DNA from: Candidatus Wildermuthbacteria bacterium | Lineage (GTDB): Bacteria > Patescibacteriota > Minisyncoccia > Minisyncoccales > UBA10102 | Reading direction: 5' to 3' | Assembly: GCA_016203455.1 (NCBI GenBank) | Contig: JACQMR010000015.1 | Location: forward strand, 137 to 64,136 | DNA length: 64,000 nt | Shown here: positions 63,190-64,000 of the stretch, piece after piece | How positions within the stretch are numbered: the first letter of the stretch is position 1 | Layout: each line of letters opens with the position of its first letter | Translations under genes and position numbers: made by a program | Notes under the pieces: model-generated | What the model was told of the DNA's origin: nothing | What the model saw: only the letters and a program-made list of their open reading frames with translations | The model's database searches: none

Positions 63190-63735
63190 TTATTGATTTC
63201 CCGTTATGCCAACTTTTACCTTTGCCGCTCTCAATACCCGTTCTTTTATTCTATACCCTTTTTCCACAACCTGCGCCACGCGCCCGGATTGTTCAGGCAA
63301 CCCTTCCGTTTCTCCAACTGCTTCATGCAACGCGGGATTAAACTGTTCCCCAAGCGCGTGTATTTCCTCTGCCCCTTGGTTTTTTAAAAATTCCCGCAAC
63401 TGCTTTGCTATCTGCATGAATCCTTGCGTTACGGGGTCTTTTGCTTGTTCTTCGGGAATACCCTGCTCCGCCCTTTCCAAATTGTCCAAAACCGGAAGCA
63501 AATTGAGAACGCACGATTCATTCGCGTATGCTACCATTTTTTCCAACCGCTCTCGTTCCTCTTTTTTATAATTCAACAAATCGGCTTTTGCTCTCTGCCA
63601 GCCGGCAAGATACTCGGCGGTCTCTTTTTCTAGCGCCCCAAGCTTCTCTTTCAAACTCTGGCTTTCCACAGATCCCGCGGATTCGCCGGCAGACGGCTCC
63701 GCATCAGGAGGGGTTTCTTTATTCATAGACATCAT
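63190..63735 (-). CDS. grpE: nucleotide exchange factor GrpE
   Basis: coiled-coil N-terminus, LLPVLDNLERA, C-terminal beta domain GYRIKERVLRAAKV. Confidence 0.9.
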   Translation of the reverse strand: MMSMNKETPPDAEPSAGESAGSVESQSLKEKLGALEKETAEYLAGWQRAKADLLNYKKEERERLEKMVAYANESCVLNLLPVLDNLERAEQGIPEEQAKDPVTQGFMQIAKQLREFLKNQGAEEIHALGEQFNPALHEAVGETEGLPEQSGRVAQVVEKGYRIKERVLRAAKVKVGITGNQ

Positions 63736-64000
63736 GTTTTATATCGTTAATGAATGATCGTAAAAGCCGTATATTTTTGTCATACGCCATGCGCTTGGGA
63801 CCCAAAATGGCAATGGTCATGCTCTCTGTGCCGGGCAAAACGCGCTCCGCCATCATCATGCTGAAACCGTCAACGCGTGAGAATGTGTTCTCCCTGCCAA
63901 TAAGAACTTCTATATCCGCTTCAAAATCAATCCTCTCTCTGTTCTTTTGGAAATCCTCCACAAACTTTGCAAAATCAAGGAGATTGCTTTGTTCTTTAAA
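63719..64000 (-). CDS. hrcA: heat-inducible repressor HrcA, C-terminal part (continues beyond the window)
   Basis: IAILGPKRMAYDKNIRLL tail typical of HrcA; the frame stays open to position 64000; operon order hrcA-grpE-dnaK-dnaJ. Confidence 0.8.
   Translation of the reverse strand, partial: FKEQSNLLDFAKFVEDFQKNRERIDFEADIEVLIGRENTFSRVDGFSMMMAERVLPGTESMTIAILGPKRMAYDKNIRLLRSFINDIKHDVYE

Noticed and set aside
61269-64000. CIRCE operator (TTAGCACTC-N9-GAGTGCTAA) in the hrcA-grpE-dnaK-dnaJ operon
   Set aside because: I looked in the intergenic gaps of the operon and found none. The expected site upstream of hrcA lies outside the window.

Overview
This is a compact, gene-dense bacterial chromosomal window read with the standard genetic code: conserved genes such as pyrG end at TGA at their expected length. 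From gene content and style I infer a small-genome Patescibacteria/CPR-like organism. The evidence is short genes, frequent ATGA overlaps, a dcw cluster carrying extra genes, and many orphan ORFs.

Housekeeping genes I can recognise:
- Transcription, translation and protein handling: rpoD-like sigma factor, FKBP isomerase, efp, fmt, aspS, gltX, rpmA, rplI, tRNA-Lys(UUU), a cold-shock protein.
- Cell wall (dcw cluster): murC, a D-Ala-D-Ala carboxypeptidase, mraY, murD, ftsW, murG.
- Repair, metabolism and stress: tag, a Xer-like recombinase, rarA, malic enzyme, radC, a Phd/RelE pair, msrAB, rdgB, pyrG, an S41 protease.
- Heat-shock operon: hrcA (partial), grpE, dnaK, dnaJ.

The unusual parts:
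1. The region 18.0-21.9 kb, downstream of murC, is a rearrangement hot spot. A perfect 56-bp duplication of the murC 3' end brackets a C39-like peptidase. Next to it, a GC-rich orphan ORF is bracketed by two 91-bp direct repeats that fold into the same two hairpins, with strand-specific G.U-compatible substitutions.
2. A four-gene operon at 473-4964 encodes two PaaK-like adenylating enzymes and a split PEP-synthase-like dikinase.
3. An operon at 21994-28715 encodes an MIO-type ammonia-lyase, a ThiF/E1-like protein, an adenylating enzyme, a tandem nitroreductase and a histidine kinase.
4. There is a four-copy palindromic hairpin family with compensatory changes, two GC-rich structured intergenic elements of unknown class, and operator- or iteron-like repeats around a PaaX-like gene.

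All protein calls come from motif recognition by eye, since no searches were possible. Start codons were re-chosen where an RBS or a homologous N-terminus suggested it.
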